DNA of 64,000 nt, taken from contig OZ024746.1 of assembly GCA_964016885.1 (NCBI GenBank), positions 27,404,001 to 27,468,000 on the forward strand, read 5' to 3'. This DNA comes from Eledone cirrhosa. Taxonomy: Eukaryota. Under the pieces are notes generated by a model. It made no database searches and was not told the origin of the DNA. It worked only from the letters and a program-made list of their open reading frames with translations. A program made the translations under genes and the position numbers. Positions 14,502-30,935 of the stretch are shown piece after piece. Numbering within the stretch: the first letter of the stretch is position 1; the number at the start of each line of letters is the position of its first letter.

Positions 14502-14872
14502 GTTTCACTCAGATGGTGGATGGGTGCTACACGAGAACGCTGAGGATGGCTCTGAACATTAATCAGTATACACTGAGGATGAAAAACTCAGAGCTGTATG
14601 GGAGCATCCCAAAAGTCAGCTCAAAAGTGACACAGAGGAGACTGAGGTTAGCTGGACATGCTCACCGACATCCAGAGTTGACATTGCACTCAGTGCTCCT
14701 TTGGGAGCCCCTACATGGACACACTAGAAGAGGAAGACCAAGGTTAACGTATGTTGATGCCTTAAGGACAGACACTGGTCTGTTGGAGATGCAGGACATG
14801 GCAGCGATAATGAGGGACAGAGACCGCTGGAGAGAACTCGTCCATGGATCTCGGGAATTTTACCCGCCTTAG
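14502..14872 (+). mobile_element. 3' end of an RTE-clade LINE (5'-truncated)
   Basis: RRLRLAGHAHRH...LLWEP...RRGRPRLTYVD...DRDRWR is the RTE ORF C-terminus. Same family at 43547-44150 and 58148-59190. Confidence 0.9.
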
Positions 14873-14925
14873 ATAGATAATATAACAGCCACGAGTTCAT
14901 ATAGAATTTTGACTGATTATTATTA

Positions 14926-15265
14926 GGTGGATTGGCAGTATCGGTAGAGCGTCGGACATCATGCATTGCATCATAGAGTTATGGCCCTTTATGATCTGAG
15001 TTCATATCGCGCCAAGGTTAACTTTGCCTTTCATCCTTACGGAGTCGATAAAATAAAGTACCAGTCATGTACTGCAGTCGATTTAATCGACTTTCCCCTC
15101 TCCCAAAATTGCTGGCCTTGTGCCTATATAAGAAATCATTATTATGTGCGGTCTGAGTTCAAATCCCGCCAAGGTTAACTTTGCCTTTCATCCTTACGGG
15201 GTCGATAAAATAAAGTAGCAGTAATGTACTGGATAATTGCTGGCCTTGTGCCAAAAGTAGAAACA
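14926..15265 (+). mobile_element. SINE S1 full copy plus a second 5'-truncated copy with 14-bp TSD
   Basis: A-box GGCAGTATCGGTAGAG, B-box-like GAGTTCATATC and GAGTTCAAATCCC. TSD ATTATTATGTGCGG at 15138-15151 and 15266-15279. Confidence 0.85.
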
Positions 15266-16309
15266 ATTATTATGTGCGGGCTCAACGTTGTAACTATGTA
15301 GAATCAGTAAAGCGTCGTAGACTATAGTTTGTAGTATAGATATCGGTTATCAGAGTTTCTGTTTCAAATCACATCAAGGTTAATTTTTACCTTTCATCCC
15401 AACCCCAGATATGAGACAAAATATAGGATCATTCGAGTACTTTGGTCGATAAATACTACTTTCCGCTGCCTCCAAATTATAGTTTCGGGTTCAATTTCAT
15501 TATGTGCCAACATATTGGGAATATGTCTGCTACTGCAGCTGTGGATTGACTTAAGCTTCACAACTATGTGTTTTAGGAATGCTCGAAAATATGCATGGAC
15601 GAAAATATGGCTAAAGATCAATAAGAACAACAACAACGACATGGCTACGGCCGCCACCACCACCACCACCATCACCACCACCACCGCCACTATCACCACC
15701 GTCAACAACAACAACAACAACATCATCATCACTAGCAGCTAAAACAGCAACACCAGATTGAATTCTCTGTGTATTACTTTCTGAACGCTGGAAGAAATTA
15801 TCACAGTTTCTCTTGAGTTAGAAAAATAAGATTAAAATAAAAGAAAAACCAAATCTAAATTTTTAGTTACATTTTCCACACGAGATAAGACCCTGTATCT
15901 GGATTGTGTTGTGAGGATATCGGGAAGAAGGGTATGGTAGTAGACGAGTATGGAGTGGGTATAGCCATCCAGATATTTATTATGGTGAGCACTGAAGATA
16001 AAACCTGTGACAGGAAGTTCTACAAAATGAATAAATGAATAAATTGTATATTTTCTATCTAGACTGGGATATCGATCTCGGTGAATCTTGTTTGATTTAA
16101 CTTTAGTCCTTTCATTAGAGTTTTTTCCCTCTTTATCTTTCCTATATTCAAACTAAAAGTACATTACAAGGTCACCTGCACGCACACATATAGACACATA
16201 CAAAGACACATACGTATATATACACACATGTAGACACACACACACCCACACAACACCAGACGGTGAATTATTAAGATTAAGTTCATATATATAATCCTCC
16301 TTTCTGAAT

Positions 16310-16364
<55 letters not shown>

Positions 16365-16454
16365 GCCTGTTTAGTCACCCAGACACATTTATACATGCAC
16401 ACACACACAGACACACAGACACACACATATATATATACATAGATGTATAGATAG

Positions 16455-16523
<69 letters not shown>

Positions 16524-16636
16524 GATATATGTATATATATATATACATAGATGTTTGCATAGATGTATTCATACATATATGAGCAGTTTGATATATACGC
16601 ATATATATGTCTATGTGGATACATACATACCTACAA

Positions 16637-16717
<81 letters not shown>

Positions 16718-16728
16718 TATATACATAT

Positions 16729-16862
<134 letters not shown>

Positions 16863-16865
16863 TAA

Positions 16866-16903
<38 letters not shown>

Positions 16904-17434
16904 ATATGTATGTATATATGTATGTATATATGTGTGTATGTGTGTGTTTCTGATAGAAGAAATCAGATATGTTTACAATAATGGAAAGCTTAAGTTATCA
17001 AGTATGACAAGGGCTACAGTTATGTCTATTCCCTGGAGCTACCAATATAGAAATGGATGCAAAGTCAATATATCTATTGATAGATTAAAGCAGTAAGTGA
17101 TGGAAGCAATGAACTAAAAGTATAACTACTATGACACTCATTATGATGATGGTGATGGTGATGATGGTGATAGTGATGCTGTTGGTGATGGGGGACGGTG
17201 GTGATGGTGATTATAGCGTTGATAGTGTTTGTGGTGGGAATAATGTTGGTGGTGGTGGTGGTGATGGTGATGGTGATGGTCCTGTTGGTGGAGGTAGTGG
17301 TGTTAATAAACAATGGCGATGACATTATTCTTCAGAACCTTACAATATTTTTAACAACAACAACATAATCATCATCATCATCAACCACAACAATAATAAT
17401 AACAACAATACTACTACTACTAATAATAATAATT

Positions 17435-17915
17435 GATTTGGGATTTACATACACTGGAAGTTATGCCAACACTACAAAATTCCAAATGAAAAATAGATGG
17501 TATAAACCCACACCAGAAAAGGTAACAGAGAATGACAAAGCAACTATGTTTTGGGATATGCCAATACATAGAAACAGCGAGATCAAAGTCAACCAACTAC
17601 AACAAATATACATGAATTAGGTGTATCAATCCCCACAGACGACAATATATCTACGAAGGAAAAGGAGAAATTATCCAAATATAAAGATCTATCGATAGAA
17701 ATAACCCGAATACGGATGATGAAAACAGAAAAAAATTACATACAATAATAGGTGCAATTTGAATGATAAAATATACAGGCAGATACATAACCAAACCCCC
17801 AGGATTCACAAATATATAATATGAATAGCACTACTAGATACTGCACAGTTATTATGAAGAGTACTTTCAATACAATAGAAACAACACCACTAGAAACCAC
17901 ACAGTACATACCCAA
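17435..17915 (+). pseudogene. Degenerate 3' fragment of an R4/Dong-like LINE (RLE region)
   Basis: RWYKPTPEKVTENDKATMFWDMPIH and VSIPTDDNISTKEKEKLSKYKDL match the RLE region of the 46 kb and 49 kb elements. Preceded by an (AAT/AAC)n tract. Confidence 0.75.
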
Positions 17916-19572
17916 GCTGTTTGTTATATATCTATAACTCAGAAATATCCAAGAGGTTGCGAAGGGGATGGGAAAAAGAAAACAAAGTCTATATTAGAAG
18001 TTTATTTAATATCTCTCGCCATAGCCACGAGACACAGGGTAAAGAAATCTCTTTTGTTGGACCAAGAGTGACTGTGGGACGATTTTCACTATATTTTTGT
18101 CAACCCTACAATATCTTTCATCATAGCCATCAGACAGAGCACGACAGTAAGCTCTATGTTACCCGTGAATGGTTGTGTAGCGATCTGCATCATGTGTTTG
18201 GCTAACAACTAGACCTGTTCTGTTGGCAACAACAACAATGCACTGACAACGAGCGTCTGGCAAGAAGACAATGATGTCGACGAGGAAGTAGAAGAAGAAG
18301 AAGAAGAAGAAGAAGAAGAAGAAGAAGAAGAAGAAGAAGAAGAAGAAGAAGAAGAAAAACAACAACAACAACAGCGACAACAACAACAGCAATATCAACA
18401 GCAGTTGCAACAAATCAACAACAAAATGGTGCTGCTGCTGCTGTTGTTGTTGTTGTTGACGATGATGATGATGATGAGGATGATGATGATGATGATGATG
18501 TGAGAAGAGGAAATAGAGAAAAGGAAATAATTTCTTTTGATTAGACAGAAATGCAGATAAAAGAGATTAACACCAGACCACGCCACCACCTCTCTGCCAG
18601 ATGTAATGGTATTGTCAAATCAGCAAAGATGAAATACAAAGTTGACTTCGATGATTTTTGAACTTAGAACTAAGAATCAAGCAGTAAAAAAATATCTTAA
18701 ATGTCTTAAATATTTCTTTGATCACAGCAGACGGATTTGTGCAATTCCACTTATTTCTCTCCTGTATAGAAGATAGAAGAAGAAGAAGAAGAAGAAGAAG
18801 AAGAAGAAGAAGAAGAAGAAGAAGAAGAAGAAGAAGAAGAAGAACAACAACAACAATAACAACAACAACTACAACCATAACTACAATCACAACCACAACC
18901 ACAACCACATTTCTCTTATGTCATGCGTTAACCCAGAGGGTGTGTGTATTTAGTGATTTAAGGTCTTCGTTTGAAGAGTCTATGGTATCGAATCTTGGTG
19001 ATGCATTGTGCCCTTGAGTAAAATACTTTATTTCATGTTGCGCCAGCCAACTCATCTGAAACAAATTGAGTTATATCTGCAATTTCAATGACTCAGCTTT
19101 GTCCCATCAATGTATCCGTTGAGCTGATTTTAGCCCGATACAAACGGCTGTTATTTCTAGCAGCACGAGTATGTGGCTAGCTAGACACTGGATAACCGCA
19201 TGAGGTTACCTCGTGCGCTAAACAGTCTTCCTAAATATTTTGAAGTGGAACATACCAATTTTTATAGTGCTTGCTGAGGAGATCAAAATGCGGTATTTTC
19301 TTCCACTTTTTCATTATTCGAAACATATTTGGATTTTAAGGTTTAAACCTGTCTACGGAACAGGTTTGATTTTGAAATTTAAATTTGTCCAAGCACTACG
19401 GCCATTGCCAATACAATTTGTTTTTGTTGATTTATGATGTATTATCTTAAGTCATGATAGGCAAACTGTAATATTATTATTAGTATATTTCTATCTAGCT
19501 AACTTGGTCATTTACAATACAAACATAAATATGAGGATATTTGTGTTTATCAAATATATTGATTTGTGTTAA

Positions 19573-19657
<85 letters not shown>

Positions 19658-19749
19658 TAAAATAACAGATTAAAGTTTAAGCAAAGAATCGCTGCTTTCA
19701 CCCTTAACGGGATTTTTGGATTTTAGTCTTCAAATTTATTATTACTATA

Positions 19750-19944
19750 TAACGGAGGAAATGTGGTAAGGGACCAGGTGGACCATAACGCACCAAAGTA
19801 CTCAATACTTAGGGTAGTAGAGTGGGTAATAGGAACGAGTAGGACCCCGACGGCTGAGCTCAAGCCGTTTCGACGGCTAATTGAGTCCAGAATTAGCCGT
19901 CGAAACGGCTTGAGCTCAGCCGTCGGGGTCCTACTCGTTCTTAT
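19750..19944. repeat. TA-embedded repeat family P with perfect 50-bp inverted repeat
   Basis: Arms 19833-19882 and 19891-19940 with loop GAGTCCAG. The unpaired left part recurs at 20125-20232, 32873-33044 and (reversed) 39826-39865. Confidence 0.85.
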
Positions 19945-20057
19945 ATATATATATATAGTTACGTTATTCCGGGTTGAATCGGAGGTAACCACAGTAATTC
20001 CTGATGATTTCTAAAGAATGAAACAGTTCTAGTCCTGTAGAATCTCATCTATATTAA

Positions 20058-20120
<63 letters not shown>

Positions 20121-20713
20121 GCAATGAAGGAAGTGTGGTAAGGAACCAGGTGGACCATAACGCACCAGAGTACTCGATACTTAGGGTAGTAGAGTTCAGG
20201 TCTAGCTGTCGAAACGGCCAGAGCTCAGCCGTTATATACATACTACTGTACGTCTGTACACATATATCTATGTACGTATACATACTTATATTTAGGTATC
20301 AGCCGTACTAAGACTGAGAAATGAAATTTCGTTTCATTCTTTTCCATTTATAGTTTTCGGTGCGCCCGGCCGACTAACTCACTCGATATGCAAATTAGGC
20401 TGCTCAGCCGTTAATATGCATAAGGAAAGTATATACTTTTAAATGTTCAATCATGTGACAGAAAGGTATACGATGCTGACGATAGCTAATAAGCTTGAAA
20501 CTAGTACATCGTTCCTTTGTCAGTGTTGAAAAAAAGGGCGACGATGGTTGCCGAGCACTGTACGGCGTAATTCGGGCTGTTTGTTTGCAAACAAACCGAA
20601 CATTATAGTAAATGTTCGGCAAATCCATACGTACATATATATATGTGTGCATGTATGTATATATACACATACTTCTGTACGTCTGTACACATATATGTAT
20701 GTACGTATACATA

Positions 20714-20791
<78 letters not shown>

Positions 20792-21032
20792 CCTATATAA
20801 ATATATATACATATATATATATATACAAGGGAGGAAACGAGGGAAAGTGATGGAGAGACAATGCGAGGGAGTAAGAGGGGGAAAGAAAGACGGTCAATGT
20901 TGGAATATATATAACCTGTAATTGATATCTTGAATATGCAATACAATATTCTATACCAATATATTATCGCTCAATTACAAATAATTTTATTCGCATCCCT
21001 AGCATTCATTTTCGAAGTATCACTTTACAAAT

Positions 21033-21094
<62 letters not shown>

Positions 21095-21225
21095 GTATGT
21101 ATGTGTGTATGTGTGTGTACATGTGAATTTATGTGTGTCTGTGTGTGTGCACTTCTAAATTTCTTCTCCGCTGAGATTTCCATTTCAGCAAATGACCTAT
21201 ACTTTGTAGAGTTTTTCTACAAATT

Positions 21226-21329
<104 letters not shown>

Positions 21330-21357
21330 TATATTATTTGCATACATATTACTTATA

Positions 21358-21545
<188 letters not shown>

Positions 21546-21573
21546 TATATTATTTGCATACATATTACTTATA

Positions 21574-21794
<221 letters not shown>

Positions 21795-22156
21795 GGGTGT
21801 AGGTATGTGTGTGTACATGTCATTTTGTGTGTGTCTGTGTGTGTGTGCACTTCTAAATTTCTGCTCCGCTGAGATTCTCTTTTCAGCAAATGACCTATAC
21901 TTTGTATTCTTATTTCCATTCCTTGTTAAAATATTCAATTTCACTTTTGGAAATTATTGCCGCTTTCTGAATTTGTTAGTGTAAATATAAATGTCATTTT
22001 CCAGATAATTATGTTTTAATTCAATGCAATCGATTTTGGCGGAATCGTTACAGTGTCTGATAGTTGTTCCAGTACCTTGGGTTTTGAGTTCAAATACACC
22101 AAGTTTCACCTTTCCACTAATTCTCACAAGGTTATTGAGATATATGTGACATGACC

Positions 22157-22157
<1 letters not shown>

Positions 22158-22187
<30 letters not shown>

Positions 22188-22410
22188 CTTCTTCTTCTTC
22201 TTCTTCTTCTTCTTCTTCTTCTTCTTGAGAGGGTCGTGGGGACAGAGTCCTCAAACACACTTTCCAGCGGATCTTATCAGAAGCAAACGTCTCTAGCTGG
22301 ATCTCCAAGCGTTACCAGCCAACCCCATGGATGTTATCCAGCCATCTCGCTCAGGGTCTACCCCTGGGTTTCTAGTCGTTAACATCTGTCCAGCGATTCT
22401 TTTCTGATCA
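22158..22410 (-). mobile_element. 3' end of a second RTE-like LINE with (GAA)n tail
   Basis: The minus strand encodes degenerate PRGRP*ARWLDNI...ASDKIRWK and is followed by (GAA)n, seen as (TTC)n at 22158-22226 on the plus strand. Confidence 0.6.
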
Positions 22411-22727
22411 CAATTTGAAAAATTCACAGTGAAAGTCTTGTATGTTCATTGTGCATAAACAGACTGTGTATACATTTGTATAAAACTCTATTATGCACCG
22501 AACTATGTTAATACTACTGCTACTTAATCCAAACCTATCAAGCTTACATTATATGCGAATGAGTCTCTGTAGCCAATGTTGTATACACAAAAAAGGTATA
22601 TAAACAGTAACTTGTTTGTCACCGATGGCGGATATATATCCAGTTAATACGTATGGATGATCAAAGACGCTTTTGTTGTTCCCATTTAGTTTTTGCATAC
22701 AACGTATATATATATATATATATATAT

Positions 22728-22823
<96 letters not shown>

Positions 22824-22949
22824 ATTGTATATATATATATATATATAAATATGTGTATCTATATATATATATACAGTATATAATATGTCCCAAGGCTCTG
22901 ATACCATCAACACTATAAACACAGAGCTGGCATATCTAAGAACTGAATA

Positions 22950-23005
22950 ACTGCCTGATGATGTCATAGCCATTCAATGGCTATCATCGAAATATATATA
23001 GCAGT
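22950..23005 (+). ncRNA. Minimal hammerhead ribozyme motif (family H3)
   Basis: ACTGC-CTGATGA-TGTCATAGCCATTCAATGGCTATCATC-GAAA-TATATAT-A-GCAGT. Stem I is a perfect 5 bp; the first stem II pair is mismatched. Confidence 0.65.
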
Positions 23006-23141
23006 AAATAAAGGATTATGAGTTCATGCAATTGACTTATGTTTCGTCACTATACAATATATATATATAGATATATGTATATATTAAAATAACAGATTAA
23101 AGTTTAAGCAAAGAATCGCTGCTTTCACCCTTAACGGGATC

Positions 23142-23177
<36 letters not shown>

Positions 23178-23191
23178 TCACACACCCACAT

Positions 23192-23263
<72 letters not shown>

Positions 23264-23829
23264 GTCATTTCGCATATGTAAATCTTTTTTTATATATTCA
23301 CATATCCACGCATATAGAAATTATATTTGATAAATATAAAAACATTAGAATTCACACGCTTGTATAAACCCAAACATTATATGAAATTACTGCGTGTGTT
23401 TTAATATGCATACACTTTGAGTTACATTAATTTGCCGTGCTGTTTACTGTTCACACATACATGTAATATATACAATGATTATATATTTATTTTCTACTGA
23501 AGGTAATTGCCCTCATTCTGCCGTTATAACATATTCTCACTTGGTATCAGAAAGTAATTTATTTTCCTTTAATAGGAAGGACATCAAAAATGGAGCAAGA
23601 TATCAAATATACCCTCTGAGAAAATATTGTTTGTATTCATTCCGTAAATTATACATATGATATGTGCATTGTTGCACAGAAAATTTAATTATATACAACC
23701 AAATAAATAGATATATTCGCATACTCATATCAAATATCGAATGTATTTAGATGATTTTTTTTATTGTTTTTTTTATTAACTTTTATTGCTTTATATATAT
23801 GTAGTGTATATATGTAGTGTATATATGTA

Positions 23830-23878
<49 letters not shown>

Positions 23879-23911
23879 ATAAGATCAAAAGATGGTTAAA
23901 AGAGTTCCAAG

Positions 23912-23982
23912 TATTTTATTATGCGCATTTCAAAAACAAATATCATCATGGGGTGATATCTGCGTTCTCATCAGATAAAATA
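23912..23982 (-). ncRNA. Minimal hammerhead ribozyme motif (family H4), intact core with palindromic stem III
   Basis: Minus strand reads TATTTTAT-CTGATGA-GAACGCAGATATCA-CCCCATGA-TGATATTTGTTTTT-GAAA-TGCGCAT-A-ATAAAATA, giving an 8-bp stem I, a long stem II and the stem III palindrome ATGCGCAT. Confidence 0.75.
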
Positions 23983-25246
23983 GGGATACATGATATGAAG
24001 CTTAAAAAACACTTGTGAATAGAGAAATTTTAAATCAACATATGAAAAATAATTTAAGATTGATGTATGAGATTGGGAAAAAGTGAGGGGGGGGGGTGTG
24101 GAAAAGAAATAGGAAGAGGAGGAGATGAGAGTAAAGAATAATGGGAGAGGAGTATAAGAAGGAAGGATGAGAGAGGAGGAGAGATGGGTGATAGAGAGAG
24201 AGAGAGAGAGTTATAGCCTTTACAACTGAGAAAATATTGTCTCACAGAGAGAAATTAAAAAGCCGTTGGAAGATAATAGATAATTTAAAAGAATTTGAAA
24301 TTAAAAGTTAATGAGGTTTATGCATGATGAGAAAAAAGAATTAAGAATAATATTAAATTAAGGTTTGTATATTGAAGGATTTAATAATATGTGCGAGGAA
24401 AAGAAATTATTAATATGTATTATTAAAATAGAAATATTAATGTTATTAAGGATATAATGTGAAAAGAAGGATAAGAATGAAGGAGTTATGAATTTAGAGG
24501 AATTAGTTGGGGTTTAAGTTTGTTTTTATGTAATGTAATATGTGTACGTAATATGTGTACGTAAATAGTTTGTTTAAAAATGAGCGCAGAAGGCAAAGAA
24601 GAAAATAATGTTTAAGGAAGAAAATATCTAACATCAAAAAATATATATGTTTACGAAATATTTTCTAATGGTAATAATATAATATATTAAAAGAAATTAG
24701 TTAGGGTTTAAGTTTGTTTTTATGTATTGTAATATGTAAAAGTCAAACGAGCATGAAATATGTATTGTAATATGTAATTTTGGATATAGATATATAAATA
24801 CGGCTCCTTAATTATAGAGCTAACTCTGTTGAAAGGACTTTACTGCTGTTTCTAGTTGCCACTGGGACAAAGCTGGTATGATGTGTGTATTTTTGGTAGA
24901 TACAGCACGTGTTACTGGACAGTCGATGATTTGAACTTAATGCGTAAGCACAGATCGCTGGACTTCTTCCTTGTTGAAAATCCAAGTATCGGCCTCCGTC
25001 GTTTACCATTCGATTAATTGGTGAAATATATTTCTTTAATGGAATATATACAGGGAAGATTAATCATATTATAAGGTATCTATTTTTGAAGTTCTAGTTA
25101 ACTTTATTTAGTTACCTACCTATGTGTGCTTACATAGGTAAAAATTATCCCCTGTAATTGTTCATATGTTTATTTATATGTTAATCAATTTCAAGTTGTT
25201 ATATATATATATATACACTACATATATACACTACATATATATATAT

Positions 25247-25420
25247 TGTTTCTACTTTTGGCACAAGGCCAGCAATTACCCAGTACATTACTGGTACTTT
25301 ATTTTATCGATCCCGTAAGGATGAAAGGCAAAGTTAACCTCGGCGGGATTTGAACTCAGAATGGCAAGGACCGTAACTCTATGCTGCAAAGCATGGCGTC
25401 CAACCCTCTACCGATACTGC
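25247..25420 (-). mobile_element. SINE S1 copy
   Basis: Near-identical to 33669-33856 and 62081-62205. Confidence 0.85.
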
Positions 25421-25852
25421 CGTGATATGATATACTTAATAAATATATATATATATATATTTATATATTTTATATTATTCATGTATATATATATTCTACT
25501 TTTATATATATATATATATATATATTTCGTTTCTGACAATATATGAACAATCGTCTGGTTGTGGAACCAACCAACCAACCGGAAATTTATAAATTCCTAA
25601 ATTTATGAATTTAATTTATAATAAATTGAAGTGAAAGCAACTGGTGCGTGTGTTTCTTATTGGCAACATGACCCTCCCAAAGCATAACAATATATATACA
25701 TATATATATATATTTATTAAAATAATAGATTAAAGTTTAAGCAAAGAATCGGTGCTTTCACCCTTAACGAGCCTTCTTTGAATTTTAGTCCTCAAATTTA
25801 TTATTATTACTATATATATATGTATATATATATATAAATGAAAAGTATAGAA

Positions 25853-26032
<180 letters not shown>

Positions 26033-29000
26033 TATATATAGTAGAAACAATTATGTTATATATGTATATTATTTTGATATTATATATTGGGAATATCTAT
26101 ATTATATATTCATATTGGTGTACATAGTAAATAATTAATGTATCATGAGGTCTGAGTAAAACATACATTTATCTTCATAAGTATATATAAGAGTATTATT
26201 TATAATATTATATATATATAAGTTATTCCGGGTTGAATCGGAGGGGACTACAGTAAGTAATGTACTCAATACATAGCAGAGTATACAAGTTTTAATATAG
26301 AAGAACTTCTACAGAACTAGAACTGTTTCATTCGTGAGAAATCACCAGGGAGCTCCCTGATGATTACCCATGTTAGTATACATTACGTAAGTTGGCAGGA
26401 ATCGCTTCGTCAGCGGGAGTTCGCTTCCCTGGAATAGAAAGTTCCGTATGGCGTGTTAATACGTTATTACACCACGTTGGTGTACACTGTATATATATAT
26501 ATATATATATATGATTCACACATGTGTATCAAATTTGTGGGTCTGTAAGTTATAGCAAAATATACAAAATATGATATATTGTATGTATTTGTAAAAATAC
26601 GAAAACTAGATGGTCAATGAACCTGCTAGATATAGAAGCACAAGCTCCATCGATTTACACCCCGCTTTCATAAAAAAGGAAGAAAGCAGCGAATTTCCAG
26701 AGTCGGTAGAATTTCAGGCTTTTTGCTTTTGTCTGAATTCTGAGTTAAAATTCCAATAAATCAACTTTGCCTTATATCCTTCGATAAAATAAAATAATGT
26801 ACCGGTTGAGTACGATTTAATCGCCTTTTTTCTTCCACATTGCTTTACTTGCATCGAAATTAGACATTTGAATCTAAAGAGTTGGTATACATATCGCAAA
26901 GCATTTTTATCCAGCGTTGTAATGATTCTGCTAACCCACTACCATCGAAATGGAAACGAAAAAACCGATACTTAGATGGAACACAGGAAACAATATTTCC
27001 ATTGGATAAGTCATTGCTGACTCTATCTAGCAATCGCAGCTTCTGGCATGAAAGGTCGGAATTTGAATTCAGGAGTTATCTAGCCAGATCAAATATTGTA
27101 AACAATTCCCTCTGACCCTTTAACAGTTCCACTAATTCACTGCTATTCGATTGGTATTTCATTTATCAACCCCTGAAAAGATGAAAATCATAGTTAAGAT
27201 TGGAGTAGTTTGAACTCAAAATGTAAAGAGCCGGAATAAATAACGGAAGATTGAAAGACCAGGTTAACTTATTCGGGTTTTAACGTAAAAACTACGGAAC
27301 AAACACATTTTATTCGACGCTCTAACAATTTTACCAATCTCCCGGCTTAAAAATGTTAATAAATAATGACTTCTGATTGTTTGACAAGGTCAGAGAACGG
27401 CTCAGCCGATTGAAATGACACACCATCAACTGAATCCCGTCGAGGATAGAAACAAATAATAATAGAATCTGATATACCTATATTACTACATCATCTATAA
27501 GAACGAATGTTTTCGCCGAACGTAAATTTCCTAACAACCCCATCCACTATAAATGCAACATATCCGAGTTGAAGAATATCTGTTCTGTACGAAATCTAAT
27601 CCGTTTTTCATTATATTTTAATTTGGTGCAGGAAGTTTTGGTCAGGTAGTAACAAAGGTTACAAGTGCTTATTAAAATTAAGTTATTTTCTAATTATGTT
27701 GTTGTTGATGTTGTTGTCGTGGTTGTTGTTGTAGGACCTCCATCGGTTCCGAGTGTTCTAGTTGATTTGATCAACGTCCGTTCGTGAAAATGTGGCCGAG
27801 CATTTCACAGACACGTATAACCTTTAGATAGTCCCCATAAAGGCATAGTGTGTGACGGGGTGCCGTTATGAATTATAGATAAAACAATTTTTTTACATCT
27901 GAGTGGATTGGGGGAACGTAAAATAAAGTGTCTTGTTCAAGGATACAATATGGCGCCGAGAAAGCCTACACCAGTAAGCCATGTGCCTTCAACATAATTT
28001 TGTATGTTGTTACAATGTGCGGACTCAGAAGGTCTTTGTAGAGTTAGTATAGATTATTTATCGGTTCAATTAGGTTTTTAGGTGATATATCGACATCCGT
28101 TCTTATTTCAGTCTGATAATATTATTACCTATTTCAATTCTATCGTATTGCCGGGTGTATATAAAAGGCATTTACAATATGTTTATGTACAATAAATATA
28201 CACAAATCTTACAATGATTGTTTTAAACTGTGGTCATATCACAGCTATCTCAGTAACCGTGCTTCTAGAATTTTATCTATCAGTGGCGATAATTACTCAC
28301 CTGGTATGAAGAAGAAGCTTATATGTAAAGTCTTTCATAATCATGAATGCATGATACTAATTTACATATAGTGAGAACTTGATTGATTAATATTAATTAG
28401 TAATAACATAATAAGTATATACGGACAACGTTATATTTTGTTATATTTTATACTATTTTCAAATAACAACTTGTTTATTATACATAAATATATGTTTTCA
28501 TATACACATATGAACAACGTTGTATTTGTGCTATAGGCAATTACGTATAATCGGGCAATATGCAAATGAGCATTTCTAGCCGATATATGTTTTTGTGCTA
28601 TATGTAAATGAGCATCTCCAGTACATGTTCAATACGCAAAATCTATATAAACTTTAGTCTATTTTTATCTCAATTTTGAGTGAATGCGTGCCACTGATAC
28701 ACGAAATTATATGGTTGCGAGGTAAACCAAGCAGCTATTCCTGCAATGATTATAAACAACATTCAGAAATCTGCAATAGTTTAGAGAACTAAGACAGAAT
28801 ATTAAAAAAAATGTATAGAGAAAGAGATTTAAAATATAGGTCATTCTCAGTGATATATAGACGGAGATTCAGAAAGATATACATGGCAATTATTAAAGTC
28901 ATATTTAAAATTAATGGACCCCGAGTGACTAGCAAATTATTTATAATCTGATTTTAAATAAGATTAATTGGTATTGAACGCTTGGGGATTATAGATCTAT

Positions 29001-29044
29001 TACATGCTACATTGGTAGGCGATTGGTTCATCCTCCTCATTCAG

Positions 29045-29105
29045 TATCATCACCATCATCTTCATCATTATCATCATCGGAAGTTATCATCGCCACCATC
29101 ATCAC

Positions 29106-29140
<35 letters not shown>

Positions 29141-29535
29141 CCATCATCATTGTCATCACAATCATCATAATCACCACCATCACCATCGTCATCATCATCT
29201 TCATCATCATCATCATCATCATCATCACCATCGTCATCATCATCATCGTCGTCATCATGAACATCGTCATCACCACCACCAACATCATCACCATTGTCAT
29301 CACAATAATCACAATAATCACCATCACCATCATCATCGTCATCACCATCATCGTCATCTTCAACATCTTCCTCATCTTTATGCTCATCATTATCATCTTC
29401 TTCATCATCATCATCATCATCATGATCATCATCATCATCATCATGATCATCATCATCATCATCATCATAACAATCATCACCGTCATGATTCATCACCATC
29501 GCCATCATCAACCCCCTCCCCCCCCCACCATCATC
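29045..29535. repeat. Degenerate (CAT)n trinucleotide repeat
   Basis: Low complexity, giving poly-I, poly-M and poly-D pseudo-ORFs. Confidence 0.9.
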
Positions 29536-30135
29536 ACAATTCTGGCGATAGCTGCACGAATAACGGAAGGAAACTTTTTACTAGAAAAATACTATGAATC
29601 CTGAACATTATCCGGCAGCACCAAATCAGCTTGGTATCACTGCGAACCCCCAAACCCTTGGGATCTCCAGTTGTTAGCTGATGACTGGAATGTCTCGTAG
29701 TGTAAGCAGAATGTAGAATAAAATATATGAACTCATTAAACGTCCCTATATCTATACCTGTTAAAATATATGAACTCATTAAACGTACCTATATCTATAC
29801 CTGTTAAAATATATGAACTCCTTAAACACACAGCCGTATCTATGTCTATTAAAAGAAACCGCACTGTAGGAAACCGAACTGCGAGATATTTTACAAATTA
29901 TATGTAAAAGCATTTATGAAAATAGTCTTTGGTTGGTATTTGCTAAAACATCATCGCGAAAAAGTCTTTGTGCAGAAGCGTAGATTTTACATAGAGATGG
30001 CAATTTGATGTGAACGTATGTAAGACACCCTCCCCCTATATATATATGCGTGTGTATGTATGTGTGTATCTTACACACACTCACAATATATTACTATCTC
30101 TTATAGACAGAGAGAAATGGAGAGAGAGAGAGAGA

Positions 30136-30179
<44 letters not shown>

Positions 30180-30935
30180 GTGAGAAGCGAGAGAATAAGA
30201 GAAAGGCAAAACTTAGATTAAGTGGCGCCTTCAAGTCGTGAAAGTTCTAGAAACGTTATGCTTTAATGCAAGTCGTATTGGTGATTGCTAAGTTTGGTTG
30301 ATATTCCAAGACATTAGTAAGAATATCGAAAATAGAAAATCCGTAAGATCATCACGTTTTGCCAGTGAATAAATAATTCAACGTTCTATTTATTATTCGA
30401 AATTAAAGAAAAAGTGACATTGGAGATTAACAGTGGGAATAGAGTTATGGAAACGAGAACAGGACAAAATAGTTCAGATAGAGAAACAGAACAACAACGC
30501 AGTATATACATCGCAATATCAAGCCTACACTTATATCCATATATAAAGTGACAGTAGATGGTTTATAAGCAAGAATGTCAACGTCAGCTTCCATTTTGTA
30601 GATATATTTATAGTTGATATTAGATATATATCCAATTCAGCTTGAGTAAATCCTTCATTGATAGACAATATTAGCTTACTTCAACATAAATCAGCTGCTA
30701 TTTTGAGAAATGTAGCAACCATAGACATAAATATATTGGACAATTTCCAACGTATAATAGATTCATGGATTTTTGACGGATATATTTATCTATTGGTGTA
30801 TGGATTGAATACACACACACACATACACACACACACACACACACACTAATCAACACACATACACCAACACATACTTACACACGTATACCTACATGTAAAC
30901 ACATGCACCAACATACACACACATGTATATATATA